DNA of 64,000 bases. Source: Flavobacteriaceae bacterium. Its GTDB lineage: Bacteria > Bacteroidota > Bacteroidia > UKL13-3. Positions 20,610-30,125 of this stretch are shown piece after piece (the first letter of the stretch is position 1; every line of letters begins with the position of its first letter). The notes under the pieces were generated by a model. It was not told where the DNA came from, did not search any database, and saw only the letters and a list, made by a program, of their open reading frames with translations. The stretch spans positions 19,166 through 83,165 of the forward strand of contig SHWZ01000004.1 in NCBI GenBank assembly GCA_009693575.1. Reading direction: 5' to 3'. Position numbers and translations under genes: made by a program.

Positions 20610-21563
20610 TCACTTAAAGAAAACCTCCGTTGCACCGTAGCCGAATTTTTCTTTCTGAGCATCGCGAAAACTCTTTATCTGCTTGCTGCTGCTCAGGCGT
20701 TTGCGTAGCTCATATTTCAAAGTGCCGTTTCCAACTCCATGTATGAAAGTCATGCGTTCATAGTCTAGGCTTATGCCTTTTTCAAAAGCGATTTCAAAAT
20801 GCTGCACTTGATAGGCTAGGGATTCCCCCGCGTTCATGCTTTCGTATTGGTCAGTCAGTTTATCTATATGCAAGTCTATCGTTTCAGTTGGGCGTTCCAC
20901 CATCCGTATTTCTTCTTTGGGCTTAGCTTCGGCCATGCTTCGACGGATAGCCATCAATGGGTCAGCAACTGTATTTGTAGTTTCAGTTGCGGGAGCAAGG
21001 GTCTTTTGCTGCAGTTGTATGTGGTGAAAAACCTTTGTGCCAACTTTCTTGGCGTTCATAAAATCAGTAGCTCGGTAACGGAACTCAGATGTAAACACCT
21101 GCGGCAGTTTTTCTGAAAAATCTATACATTGCAATACTTGAAAATAATACACAGGCCACTTGCTAGGCTCGGCCAGGTCAAGGTTGTCAAGCACCAACGA
21201 TTCGCTAGGTTTCATCTCGCCGCTAAGTGAAAGGCTGTGGTTTCCATCTGCAAATTTGTAGGCGGTCAACAGGATATTGTGGCGAAATTGATTGACAAAT
21301 TTTACATAATAATAACTGCCAAACCGTAGCTCGAAAATAATGAACAAACCAGCAGGCAAATCCAATTCAGCAACTGCATCGGGCTTGCCTTGGCGAACGG
21401 GCTTTTGCTCGTCAAATCCAGCTGCATATACCAATTTGGAAATAAGTACTGGTATTTCAAAGCCATCGTCGGTGGTAACACCCACCGTTTTGTCGTCCAC
21501 TATGCGGGTCACAGTGCCTTGAAGTGGCTCATCCAGAAATCGTACTTTGGCGTTTAGGTTCAT
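20610..21563 (-). CDS. Smr-domain protein (DUF2027 plus C-terminal Smr/MutS2-like nuclease domain)
   Basis: C-terminal TIDLHIDKL...MTFIHGVGNGTLKYELRKRL matches the Smr-domain pattern (DLHG ... IIHGKG). Confidence 0.55.
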   Translation of the reverse strand: MNLNAKVRFLDEPLQGTVTRIVDDKTVGVTTDDGFEIPVLISKLVYAAGFDEQKPVRQGKPDAVAELDLPAGLFIIFELRFGSYYYVKFVNQFRHNILLTAYKFADGNHSLSLSGEMKPSESLVLDNLDLAEPSKWPVYYFQVLQCIDFSEKLPQVFTSEFRYRATDFMNAKKVGTKVFHHIQLQQKTLAPATETTNTVADPLMAIRRSMAEAKPKEEIRMVERPTETIDLHIDKLTDQYESMNAGESLAYQVQHFEIAFEKGISLDYERMTFIHGVGNGTLKYELRKRLSSSKQIKSFRDAQKEKFGYGATEVFFK

Positions 21564-21836
21564 GGTTTTTAGATTGGGTATTTGCTCACGGCTGATTCAA
21601 GTTTCTCTTTCATATCATGCCAGGTACTTTCCTCAAAATTCACAGGGTCTGGCTGAAATTCAATATCGGCATAGCTGCACAGGTATTTCAATACCAAATT
21701 TTCATCGTGTTTCGCTGTCCTTCTTGAATGTAAGACAATATCTGTTTCAACATAGTATGGTTGAGCAGTGTGTCGATATTAAAAAAGGCTTGGCAGTGAG
21801 CGACAGTTGCTTAAGCAAGAAACAAAGGTAAAGTTT

Positions 21837-23099
21837 TTACCTCAAAAAAGTCTTTTCCCGCTCAGGTCCTGTAGAGATAAGGCTAACTGGAAGCTCAGTC
21901 TCTGCCTCAATGTATTTCACGTAGCTTTTGAAGGTATCAGGTGCATTGTCATAGCCGTTGGCAATGTACAGTGTTTCATCCCAGCCAGGCATATCGGTAG
22001 TTTTGGGTGATAGTCCATCTTCACAAAGGTCGTAGGGCAATTGGCTAGTAATTGAGCCTTTTAGGTTGTATTCGTTACATACCCCAACAGTATCAAAACC
22101 ACAAAGCACATCCGCCTTGGTCATCATCAAGTCAGTAACACCATTGAGCATGATGGCATAGCGGAGAGCGGGCAAATCGAGCCATCCTGTGCGGCGGGGG
22201 CGGCCTGTGGTAGCTCCAAACTCATGCCCCTTTTTGCGAATGAGCTCTCCTATTTCGTTATCAAGTTCTGTTGGAAATGGACCACTTCCCACTCGTGTAC
22301 AATATGCTTTGAAAACCCCATACACTTTTCTAATTCTGCTGGGAGCAACTCCTAGCCCAGTGCAGGCTCCAGCAGAGGTTGTGTTGCTAGAAGTGACAAA
22401 AGGATACGTACCAAAATCAATATCCAACATGGACCCTTGAGCACCTTCGGCTAATATTTTTTTACCTTGAACAAGCAAGTCATTCACATAGTATTCGCTA
22501 TCTATAAATTTAAGTTGTTTCAAAAACTCCACCGCCTCAAACCATGCAGGCTCAAGTTTGGCAAGATCAGTATCCCCGCTCAAGAAGTCTATCATTTGCA
22601 GATGTTTGCCAGCAAGTTCTGCATATTTAGTTTTGAAATTGGGCGAAAAAATATCTCCCAAACGCAAGCCAGATCTTCCTGTCTTATCTTGATAGGTAGG
22701 TGTTATTCCTCGCAGGGTTGACCCAATTTTTGCATCACCTTTTGCTTTTTCACTTGCAGCATCCAGCAGCAGGTGGGTTGGTAAAATAAGGTGTGCTTTT
22801 TTACTGATATAGAGATTGGCAAACACATTGGCACCGGCAGCAGCTACTTTTTCTATTTCGGCTTTAAGTTTCAAAGGGTCCACTACTACTCCATTGCCAA
22901 TGATATTGATACAATGCTCCCTGAATATTCCAGATGGAATGGTGTTAAGCACGAAACTTTGGCCATTAATCTTAAGCGAATGCCCAGCATTTGGACCTCC
23001 CTGAAAACGGGCGACTACATCATATTTGTCGCAGAGAAAATCCACGATTTTACCTTTTCCTTCGTCGCCCCATTGCAGGCCCAGTAGCACGTCTATCAT
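21837..23099 (-). CDS. purA: adenylosuccinate synthetase
   Basis: MIDVLLGLQWGDEGKGKIVD P-loop and the GGPNAGHS, GTTGRG-type (GATTGRPRRTGW) motifs. 420 aa. Confidence 0.9.
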   Translation of the reverse strand: MIDVLLGLQWGDEGKGKIVDFLCDKYDVVARFQGGPNAGHSLKINGQSFVLNTIPSGIFREHCINIIGNGVVVDPLKLKAEIEKVAAAGANVFANLYISKKAHLILPTHLLLDAASEKAKGDAKIGSTLRGITPTYQDKTGRSGLRLGDIFSPNFKTKYAELAGKHLQMIDFLSGDTDLAKLEPAWFEAVEFLKQLKFIDSEYYVNDLLVQGKKILAEGAQGSMLDIDFGTYPFVTSSNTTSAGACTGLGVAPSRIRKVYGVFKAYCTRVGSGPFPTELDNEIGELIRKKGHEFGATTGRPRRTGWLDLPALRYAIMLNGVTDLMMTKADVLCGFDTVGVCNEYNLKGSITSQLPYDLCEDGLSPKTTDMPGWDETLYIANGYDNAPDTFKSYVKYIEAETELPVSLISTGPEREKTFLR

Positions 23100-23154
23100 T
23101 TTTTGGATATTAAATTATTAAAAATAAGGCTTAAGTTAAATGCTGCATAAAACT

Positions 23155-23637
23155 TCATTCTTCGGCCAATTGCTTTTTGCAAGTGCTGCAACATCCCTGT
23201 ACATCCAATTGCGGATTGCCGTGCAGGGTCAACGCATGTGCAGTGATGTTGAAATGCAGCAATTCGCCCACCATATTTTGTATTTGTTGAATACGAGGGT
23301 CACAAAACTCCAGTATGTTATCACAGCGGTTGCATATAATGTGGTCATGTTGCCGATAGCCATAGCTACGTTCAAACACGGCCTGAGTAGCTCCAAACTG
23401 ATGCTTAGCCACCAGTCCAGATTCAATCAGCAAGTCAAGGGTATTGTATACTGTAGCTCTACTTACCCTGTAGTTGCGTTCTTTCATTCCCAAAAAAAGC
23501 TTCTCCACGTCGAAATGCTCCTTCTTCGAATAAATCTCATCTAAAATAGCGAATCTTTCTGGGGTTTTGCGGTGCCCTTTCTGTTCCAGAAATTCTGTGA
23601 AGATGCGTTTTACTTCATTTTTAGTGTCAGCAGTCAT
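23155..23637 (-). CDS. fur: Fur-family transcriptional regulator
   Basis: [12 protein letters not shown]...[13 protein letters not shown] winged helix. HxH and CxxC metal sites ([22 protein letters not shown]). 160 aa. Confidence 0.8.
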   Translation of the reverse strand: MTADTKNEVKRIFTEFLEQKGHRKTPERFAILDEIYSKKEHFDVEKLFLGMKERNYRVSRATVYNTLDLLIESGLVAKHQFGATQAVFERSYGYRQHDHIICNRCDNILEFCDPRIQQIQNMVGELLHFNITAHALTLHGNPQLDVQGCCSTCKKQLAEE

Positions 23638-23705
23638 TATTATTATTTCGCGAAAACGAGTGCGAATATCGGAGAGAGGCTTTGTTTTCTATGGAATGTA
23701 GATAA

Positions 23706-23741
23706 AAAAAGGGATGCCACAAATGTGGCATCCCTTTTCAT
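23706..23741 (-). terminator. rho-independent terminator downstream of the large T9SS gene (lies between that gene and fur)
   Basis: Perfect hairpin gggatgccacaaatgtggcatccc followed by a T-run on the minus strand. Confidence 0.6.
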
Positions 23742-23754
23742 TATAGTTGGCTTT

Positions 23755-26700
23755 TTATTGTTTTACAATACGTACCGAATAAACACTTCCACTGGTAGCC
23801 ACTTGCAGCATGTATACACCGGCTGGCTGCGATGATAGATCTATGATTGTGTTTCCAGTCAGCCCTAGGTTCGTCTGACTGATAACTGAACGTCCAATCA
23901 TATCAATTACCTTTAGGCTCACCGCCAGATTTTTGTTATGCTGAGATTTTATCACGAACACACCTGTTGAGGGATTTGGATAAACATCTAATGAAGTAAT
24001 ACCCTCTGGAAGAGCCATGCCGATGTTGAAGCCTTTGGCAGCTGACATCATTTTGCAGCCATTGGCATCTGTTATCTCTACAGTATAGCTTCCATGCGAA
24101 GTCATTGTAAAAGTTTGTGCTGTCGCTCCTGGTATTATGCTGCCATCTTTGTACCATTGATAAAGAAGTCCTGCACCTGAATTGGCTGTGAGCACAGCAC
24201 CTGCATCAGTAAATGAAGCTGCAGGTAACGCATTAACAACCACTGTGGAAGCAGCCGAAGTGCCATTACAGCCATTAGTACCTTCGGCATATACAGTGTA
24301 GTTGCCTGAAGTTGATGCATAATACAGTGACCCATTTTGACCAATGCTTACGCCATCCTTCTTCCAGTCAATAGTTTGCAATGAGCCATTGGCAGATATT
24401 TCCAACTTAACGCTATCGCCTTGGCAAAAAGTTAGGGATGTGCTGTTGATAATTTTTGGATCGGGGGTTACATCCACCGTTAGACTCACAGTATTAGACA
24501 CATTAATGCAACCAGTCGGTACCACTGTCACCTGCAATGTATAGTCACCCTGACTTTTTGCATAAATAACTGTATTGGTATCACCACTAATAGTGGTGCC
24601 ATTTAGCTGCCACTGGTAGGCTTGGCCACTAGCTGGGGTAGTTAGCTCGATACGCTCACTATCGCCACCGCAAAACTGATTTCTAGTTACAGCATTCAAG
24701 TCGGCATTCGGGGTGTTGTCAACTGTTACGCTTACGGGTGTAACGGTGGCGGAACATCCAGCAGAATTGATCACAGTAACTCCGACATCTCCGGCAGTAA
24801 AGAGTGTATACGTGCTATTTGTAGCACCTTGAATTGGACCGAATTGGTCGTTCCACTGATAGGAGTATCCAGAAATATTCGGAGTGATAAACTGTAGGCT
24901 ATCCAAATCGCAGAATTTGTATTTACCCGTATGTGTAGTCATGCTGGCAGAAGGCAATGAATCAACAGTAAGGGTGTTTTTGCTAGTAATGTCTTTGCAA
25001 CCTTGCGTCGATGTAGACTGCAATTGATAATCGCCTGTCGAAGTGACATAATAATTGCTGTTAGTAGCCCCTGATATGGCTACCCCGTCCTTAAACCACT
25101 GGAAATAGGTTCCAGTGCTTGCAGAACCGTCCAACTCGGTACTATCACCTAAACATAGCTTGGTATTGCCATTCACGGTAACACTTGCCGTAGGTTTATT
25201 GAAGGCACTAATTGTGAATGAACCTGAAGTAGCTGAGCATCCTGAGGTATTGTCTTTCACCCATACTGAGTAGTCATCAGCTGTGCTGGTGTAATATATC
25301 GAATCGGTAGCCCCATTGATGTTGCCTCCTGAGTTCATCCACTGGAAGCTGTAATTGCCACCACCACCTTGGGTAAAAATGCTAACACTATCACCAGGGC
25401 AGAAGCCCTGAGCAGAAACATTCAAATTGGGCGAAGGAGTATTTTTTTGATTTACAACTAGGGTATCAGAATAAGCTATGCAGCCATAGCCATTTGCGAC
25501 CTCACATACATACTTACCAGCTGAAGTTGCATACCATACAGTATCGGAAGAGTTGGGAAGTAAATTGCCGTCTTTATACCAATTGAAAAGTACACCACCA
25601 TACGATTGGCCTGAAGTTAAAACGATAGTATCGCCTGGGCAAATTGCTGCAGAGGATGAAGCAAAAGCAAGGGCTGAAGCTCCAGTAGAAGTGCGTTTTT
25701 CAATGGGAAGAGTATCATTCAATTGGTTGCTGTCTTTCACCATAACAGTATATGCACTGAACGTGTAATCCCCATTCACACTGTAATCAAAATTAGTGGT
25801 CAAAGTCACGTCCATGGTGTCGTTTGAAGCCAATGTGCCTTTGTTCAATATTACTGGACCGTAGGTTGTAGTATTTTGGTTAGGATCAGTCACATCAGCA
25901 TACACCAATATGCTATCACTTAATAAGTCGATGGTATCTGTACCCAAATTTTGAATCTGGAAAGTGAGTGCTTGCTTTCCACCAACACAAGTGTCATTAG
26001 TTGGTGACACCATTTTGATAACACCTACATCATTTTTCAGCATCAAGCGGGGTTCAATCATGAAGCGGAATCCGCCATTGTATGATGAAAAATCAATCCA
26101 ACCTGCATTTGTAGTCAATTTAGAATAAAAAGTACTGTCCCTTATTGGATTCTCTGCTTGAAACGCAAAGGCGACGTTGGTATTAGCAAGTTGTCTAACT
26201 CCAACAAAGAAAGTTCCTGATACGGAAATAGGGGGATTGACTGAAGAAACAGCAAGGCCATTTAGAGTACTCTTCGATGAAGAAATATAAGTAGGAACTC
26301 CTAATGGCAATCCATTCGTACTATCTTCCCAGATGGTAAGTGAATATGGTAAATTGGTACTTAGGAAATTTACCCTAATTTGATTGATATCAACAGGGGT
26401 GTTGCTATAAAATTTGGCAACAAAATCTAATGGATTACTATTGCTACCAACACCGCCGGTTGGACCTTTGGTCGCGTCTGAATAGCTAAATGCATTCGGG
26501 TTAATATCGTTTACCCAAGTTTGTTGGTCGTTGGCAGCATAATCATCATTTGCAACATAGGCAATGAGGGTATCGTATCCCAATAAAGATGGCGACACAT
26601 GCAAATAAGCTGAATCAATTTCGTTAGGGGCTACGGAATTGGTCATTTCAACCGAATCCATGTTGCCATTAACTGTGTTTTTCAGGTAGACCCAGTAGTT

Positions 26701-27615
26701 ACTCATAGCATACTTTCCCGAATTAAATACCCTAATTTTTACTCTGTGTGGATTTGAGAAGGGTATTGGCATTCTTCCAAGCGAATACAGTCCGATAACC
26801 GCAATATCGCTATCAGAATTTGGCATAAAACGATATGTTCGGCCAGAATCAGCCAGAAAAGTATTGCGAACATTATGAGTAAGGCCAGTATAGTTTCCCT
26901 GTAGGAATGCAGCAGCACTCCAATTTTGAACGGATGTTTTGAAGACTGTTACAATTGATGATGTGTTTGCTGCTGAACCTTTTATACCTACTGCAGTAGT
27001 TTTGGTGGCAGGTGCATTTGAAGATGATGCATGTGGTCCATAAACAAATTCTATGATATTGCTGGTTTCGTACAGTTTTATCTGAAAGCTAATATTATCG
27101 AATTGCCGGGGAACACCAGCTGCAGTTAGTTTATCCATAACATTGCTGAACTGAATAGTACAAATCTGATTAGGGCTTGAACCCGAAGTATAAACACGGT
27201 ATTCCGTATTGCCTTGTGCCCCAGGTTGCAAATCCATATTAAATGGTGCTAGTATACTGCTATCCCCAGAGGCTGTGCTACCCAATGCATCACCCGTATT
27301 GCCTTGTGCTGTCGAGTAAAACAATGCAACGGCAGAAGGTGCATTAGGTCCCAACTTAATAAACCCGTTTGTATTCAAAACAAACTGTGTATACGTGTTG
27401 CCGTTGAAGTCAAAATCAAACCCAATGTTTTCAGGACTTGAATTTGCATCATCATTGTTGGCCGTAGAAATACTTGAACCATTTCCACTAATGTCAACCC
27501 ATGTTTGAGTGGTGTTTATTCCGTTGATGAAGGAATAATTAATCTGTGCACTTGCCCCTCCAATGCAGCAACTAGCAAACAGGAGCAGAAGGTTTTTTGT
27601 AATAAAGTGTTTCAT
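23755..27615 (-). CDS. large secreted T9SS cargo protein with 7 tandem Ig-like repeats (about 85 aa each) and a type A C-terminal sorting domain
   Basis: Signal peptide MKHFITKNLLLLFASCCIGGASAQ. Repeats of the form Y/FQW..DG..I.GAT...Y....GDY.V.....GC. C-terminal YPNPSTGVFVIK...VYMLQVATSGSVYSVRIVKQ is a Por_Secre_tail-like sorting domain. Confidence 0.8.
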   Translation of the reverse strand: MKHFITKNLLLLFASCCIGGASAQINYSFINGINTTQTWVDISGNGSSISTANNDDANSSPENIGFDFDFNGNTYTQFVLNTNGFIKLGPNAPSAVALFYSTAQGNTGDALGSTASGDSSILAPFNMDLQPGAQGNTEYRVYTSGSSPNQICTIQFSNVMDKLTAAGVPRQFDNISFQIKLYETSNIIEFVYGPHASSSNAPATKTTAVGIKGSAANTSSIVTVFKTSVQNWSAAAFLQGNYTGLTHNVRNTFLADSGRTYRFMPNSDSDIAVIGLYSLGRMPIPFSNPHRVKIRVFNSGKYAMSNYWVYLKNTVNGNMDSVEMTNSVAPNEIDSAYLHVSPSLLGYDTLIAYVANDDYAANDQQTWVNDINPNAFSYSDATKGPTGGVGSNSNPLDFVAKFYSNTPVDINQIRVNFLSTNLPYSLTIWEDSTNGLPLGVPTYISSSKSTLNGLAVSSVNPPISVSGTFFVGVRQLANTNVAFAFQAENPIRDSTFYSKLTTNAGWIDFSSYNGGFRFMIEPRLMLKNDVGVIKMVSPTNDTCVGGKQALTFQIQNLGTDTIDLLSDSILVYADVTDPNQNTTTYGPVILNKGTLASNDTMDVTLTTNFDYSVNGDYTFSAYTVMVKDSNQLNDTLPIEKRTSTGASALAFASSSAAICPGDTIVLTSGQSYGGVLFNWYKDGNLLPNSSDTVWYATSAGKYVCEVANGYGCIAYSDTLVVNQKNTPSPNLNVSAQGFCPGDSVSIFTQGGGGNYSFQWMNSGGNINGATDSIYYTSTADDYSVWVKDNTSGCSATSGSFTISAFNKPTASVTVNGNTKLCLGDSTELDGSASTGTYFQWFKDGVAISGATNSNYYVTSTGDYQLQSTSTQGCKDITSKNTLTVDSLPSASMTTHTGKYKFCDLDSLQFITPNISGYSYQWNDQFGPIQGATNSTYTLFTAGDVGVTVINSAGCSATVTPVSVTVDNTPNADLNAVTRNQFCGGDSERIELTTPASGQAYQWQLNGTTISGDTNTVIYAKSQGDYTLQVTVVPTGCINVSNTVSLTVDVTPDPKIINSTSLTFCQGDSVKLEISANGSLQTIDWKKDGVSIGQNGSLYYASTSGNYTVYAEGTNGCNGTSAASTVVVNALPAASFTDAGAVLTANSGAGLLYQWYKDGSIIPGATAQTFTMTSHGSYTVEITDANGCKMMSAAKGFNIGMALPEGITSLDVYPNPSTGVFVIKSQHNKNLAVSLKVIDMIGRSVISQTNLGLTGNTIIDLSSQPAGVYMLQVATSGSVYSVRIVKQ

Positions 27616-27761
27616 AATCGTTTTTAGTTTAAAATTTTAAATTTCAAGATAATAGGTTGAAGTTATAGGTTATTTAGGTTATAGGCTGTAAGTTTCGGGT
27701 TCAAGTTTCGGTTAAGTTTCTCAAGTTTCAATGAATTATTTACAAAAAAATTGTACACATG

Positions 27762-28184
27762 TCAGAACCGTTGTTCCAGTTCTACATTTCCTGCCACAGT
27801 AATATAGGCCGTGTCTTGGTGATCGTTATAAATCACTGCCAACTTTTTTTCAAATTCGCCAAAAATAATGCGTGGACTAATTTTAATTGTGAAGCTATCT
27901 ATTTTCCCTGGCATCACCGGGCGTTTTACCCACGCTGGGCTTGCACAGCCGCAGGGGGTTTTTATGTCCGATATAGTGAGTGGCTTATCGCCAACATTGC
28001 TAAAAATAAACGCATATTTTTGGTCCCAAGGCGATTTTACTAACCCAAAATCGTGGCGGGTTTCGTTTAGAAGCAGGTCTTTGCAGTGTATAGACTTGAA
28101 CGCCAGCCCCTGCATTGCAAAAGACGTAAAAAAAGTCAAGTAGTAAAAACGCTTACTGAAAATTGGACCTTTTTCACAAATCAT
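27762..28184 (-). CDS. DUF1573 domain protein
   Basis: FIFSNVGDKPLTISDIKTPCGCASPAWVKRPVMPGKID matches the DUF1573 pattern (N.G..PL.I..V...CGCT...W). Confidence 0.6.
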   Translation of the reverse strand: MICEKGPIFSKRFYYLTFFTSFAMQGLAFKSIHCKDLLLNETRHDFGLVKSPWDQKYAFIFSNVGDKPLTISDIKTPCGCASPAWVKRPVMPGKIDSFTIKISPRIIFGEFEKKLAVIYNDHQDTAYITVAGNVELEQRF

Positions 28185-28597
28185 TTATGTGCAGTTAATA
28201 AGTTAGTGATAGCTTCCATTAGCTTTAACCTGAGTTTGATACGTATTCTTTTATTCATTAATTTTTCTTTTAGTATCTTAAAATCTTCTTCTCCCTGTTG
28301 ATTATTTTGTTCGCTTCAGATAGCTCTGATTTTATCCACCTTCCTGCTTGTGTAGCTCTTGCTGACTAGCCTGATGCTAAGCATCGATTCAGCATGAACA
28401 CCTCTTGGCATACGACAGTACTTTGCTTGCACTGTGGCTTGGTCATGTGTTATATTTATTCATCATTTCATGGCGGCAAAATTCTTACTCTTCAACCAAG
28501 CTTTTCAATATTAGTTTTCCGCTTACCCACTCAGAATGTAGCTTATTTTGGATTTCTTCCCTTTGGAATATGCTTCGCAAAATGTGAAAGCAAAAAG

Positions 28598-28640
28598 CTA
28601 CCTTCGGGGCTGTCGGGTGTTTCCACCCGACAGCCCTTAA
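28598..28640 (-). terminator. strong hairpin downstream of the TPK gene; probable terminator
   Basis: Perfect 13-bp inverted repeat gggctgtcgggtg / cacccgacagccc with a tttc loop. T-rich sequence follows on the minus strand. Confidence 0.45.
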
Positions 28641-28651
28641 ATTCCTAAGGA

Positions 28652-29314
28652 TTAGTCCCAACATTCCATCAATAATAAATCGCCGGAGTTGTGCGAAATC
28701 TTCACAAAACCATCGGCGGCGGCTTCGTTGCTGCTGCTGCTGCGGTGGCCGGGTATGAGGGTGTCGTTGCTCAAATCGTATTTCAGTCCTCTGGTGTTCA
28801 CGCCCTCCACTTGGGTGATGGGCATCAACGATAGCGGGGTGCCTTTCACATACCATTTTTCAAAGTCGGGCCGCAGCGGGTAAATACGGCTGTGGTCGTC
28901 AATCATCACTAGGTCCAGCTTGGTTTTCAATTTAGCCAGCAGACCAATATTGTTAAGCGTATGATCAGCTCGGCGTCCAGTGGCCCACACAATGTTGGCT
29001 GCATTAAAACCCCTTTCAACCAAAAAGTCTATTCCTTTTTCCAAATCGCATTTGGCTTGGTTAGGGGTGTGGATTATTTCGGTCTCGGGCTGATGAGTGA
29101 GCAATGACTCCGGATTAGTTTCCCTATCGAAATCGCCCAACACGGCATCTACTTTTAACCCCATTGAAAGCACCCGCTCCAAGGCACCATCAAGCACCAG
29201 CAGAAACGGGCTCCACTCTAGCAATTGCCCCAACAACTCAAAGTTGCAAGCAGCACCATTGGCTATCACCAGAGCCGGTTCTTGTTTATCGCGGACAACG
29301 TGGTGGGAGGACAT
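28652..29314 (-). CDS. thiamine pyrophosphokinase
   Basis: VLGDFDR and the downstream TD..KA-like HTPNQAKCDLEKGIDF region resemble TPK catalytic-domain motifs. 220 aa. Moderate confidence. Confidence 0.5.
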   Translation of the reverse strand: MSSHHVVRDKQEPALVIANGAACNFELLGQLLEWSPFLLVLDGALERVLSMGLKVDAVLGDFDRETNPESLLTHQPETEIIHTPNQAKCDLEKGIDFLVERGFNAANIVWATGRRADHTLNNIGLLAKLKTKLDLVMIDDHSRIYPLRPDFEKWYVKGTPLSLMPITQVEGVNTRGLKYDLSNDTLIPGHRSSSSNEAAADGFVKISHNSGDLLLMECWD

Positions 29315-29383
29315 TGTGTTGATTCGGTGATTAGCTATTTTAGCTGTTTCATTGGCACATCAGCACATTGCCGAATAACAGAA

Positions 29384-30124
29384 TTAAAATTTCTTCATCT
29401 TCACCAGGTAATTCCCGACCATCTCAGGGATAATGTCGGTGGTGCCAAGCTGCAGGCAAAACTTTACGTCACGTTCGATGCCAAGGCGTTCGAAACGCTG
29501 GGCATGGGCGGCTTTCATCACATAGCCGAAGAGGTTGTCTTTGGCAGTATCCCAGAGGTTTTCGGCCATGATACCTGCATCGTCATTCACCTCAAATTTA
29601 TGTTTGATGCGACTGATTACTGCCCCTGCAAAAATGGTATCTTCAAGGTTGAACTTGTTTTTCCAGCCTGAACACACCAACAGAATATCACGGTCTTGAA
29701 CCAGCAGCCACTCGCAAAGTTTGTCAATATTCAAAAAGGCACCAGTTACCATACGATAGGCAAACCGACTTAGGTTTATGGCCTGAGTGCCGTTGGTGGT
29801 TGTCATCACTACTGATTTCCCCTTCACTACTTTTTCAGTGTAGTCAAAAGGGCTATTGCCCAAATCGAAGCCTTCTACTTTTTTACCATCACGTTCAGCT
29901 GCACACACAAACTTACCAATCTTAAACGATCGGGCTTCCTCCACCGATTCCACAGGCATAATGTCTACTGCACCGTTTTCCAACGCAACACACATACTAC
30001 TTGTCGCCCTGAGAATGTCTATCACCACAGCAATCTTCCCATCTAAGTCATAGAGAGGAATCATGCCCGGTGTGAGTATCACCTGCACTTGCAAATTGCC
30101 CTTGAGTTTGATTTTTCTTGCCAT
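29384..30124 (-). CDS. comB: 2-phosphosulfolactate phosphatase family protein
   Basis: VVIDILRATSSM motif and overall length (246 aa) typical of ComB. Confidence 0.65.
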   Translation of the reverse strand: MARKIKLKGNLQVQVILTPGMIPLYDLDGKIAVVIDILRATSSMCVALENGAVDIMPVESVEEARSFKIGKFVCAAERDGKKVEGFDLGNSPFDYTEKVVKGKSVVMTTTNGTQAINLSRFAYRMVTGAFLNIDKLCEWLLVQDRDILLVCSGWKNKFNLEDTIFAGAVISRIKHKFEVNDDAGIMAENLWDTAKDNLFGYVMKAAHAQRFERLGIERDVKFCLQLGTTDIIPEMVGNYLVKMKKF

Positions 30125-30125
30125 G

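Noticed and set aside
28394-28648. 84-aa and 60-aa + strand ORFs and a 123-aa - strand ORF in the 467-nt intergenic region
   Set aside because: No start context. They overlap a terminator hairpin. Sequence is unconvincing. Retained only as possible non-coding or regulatory DNA.
28185-28651. Possible tmRNA, RNase P RNA or SRP RNA in the long intergenic region
   Set aside because: Conserved cores (tmRNA GGGGCTG...CCACCA with tag ORF, RNase P P4 motifs, SRP domain IV) could not be recognised on either strand.
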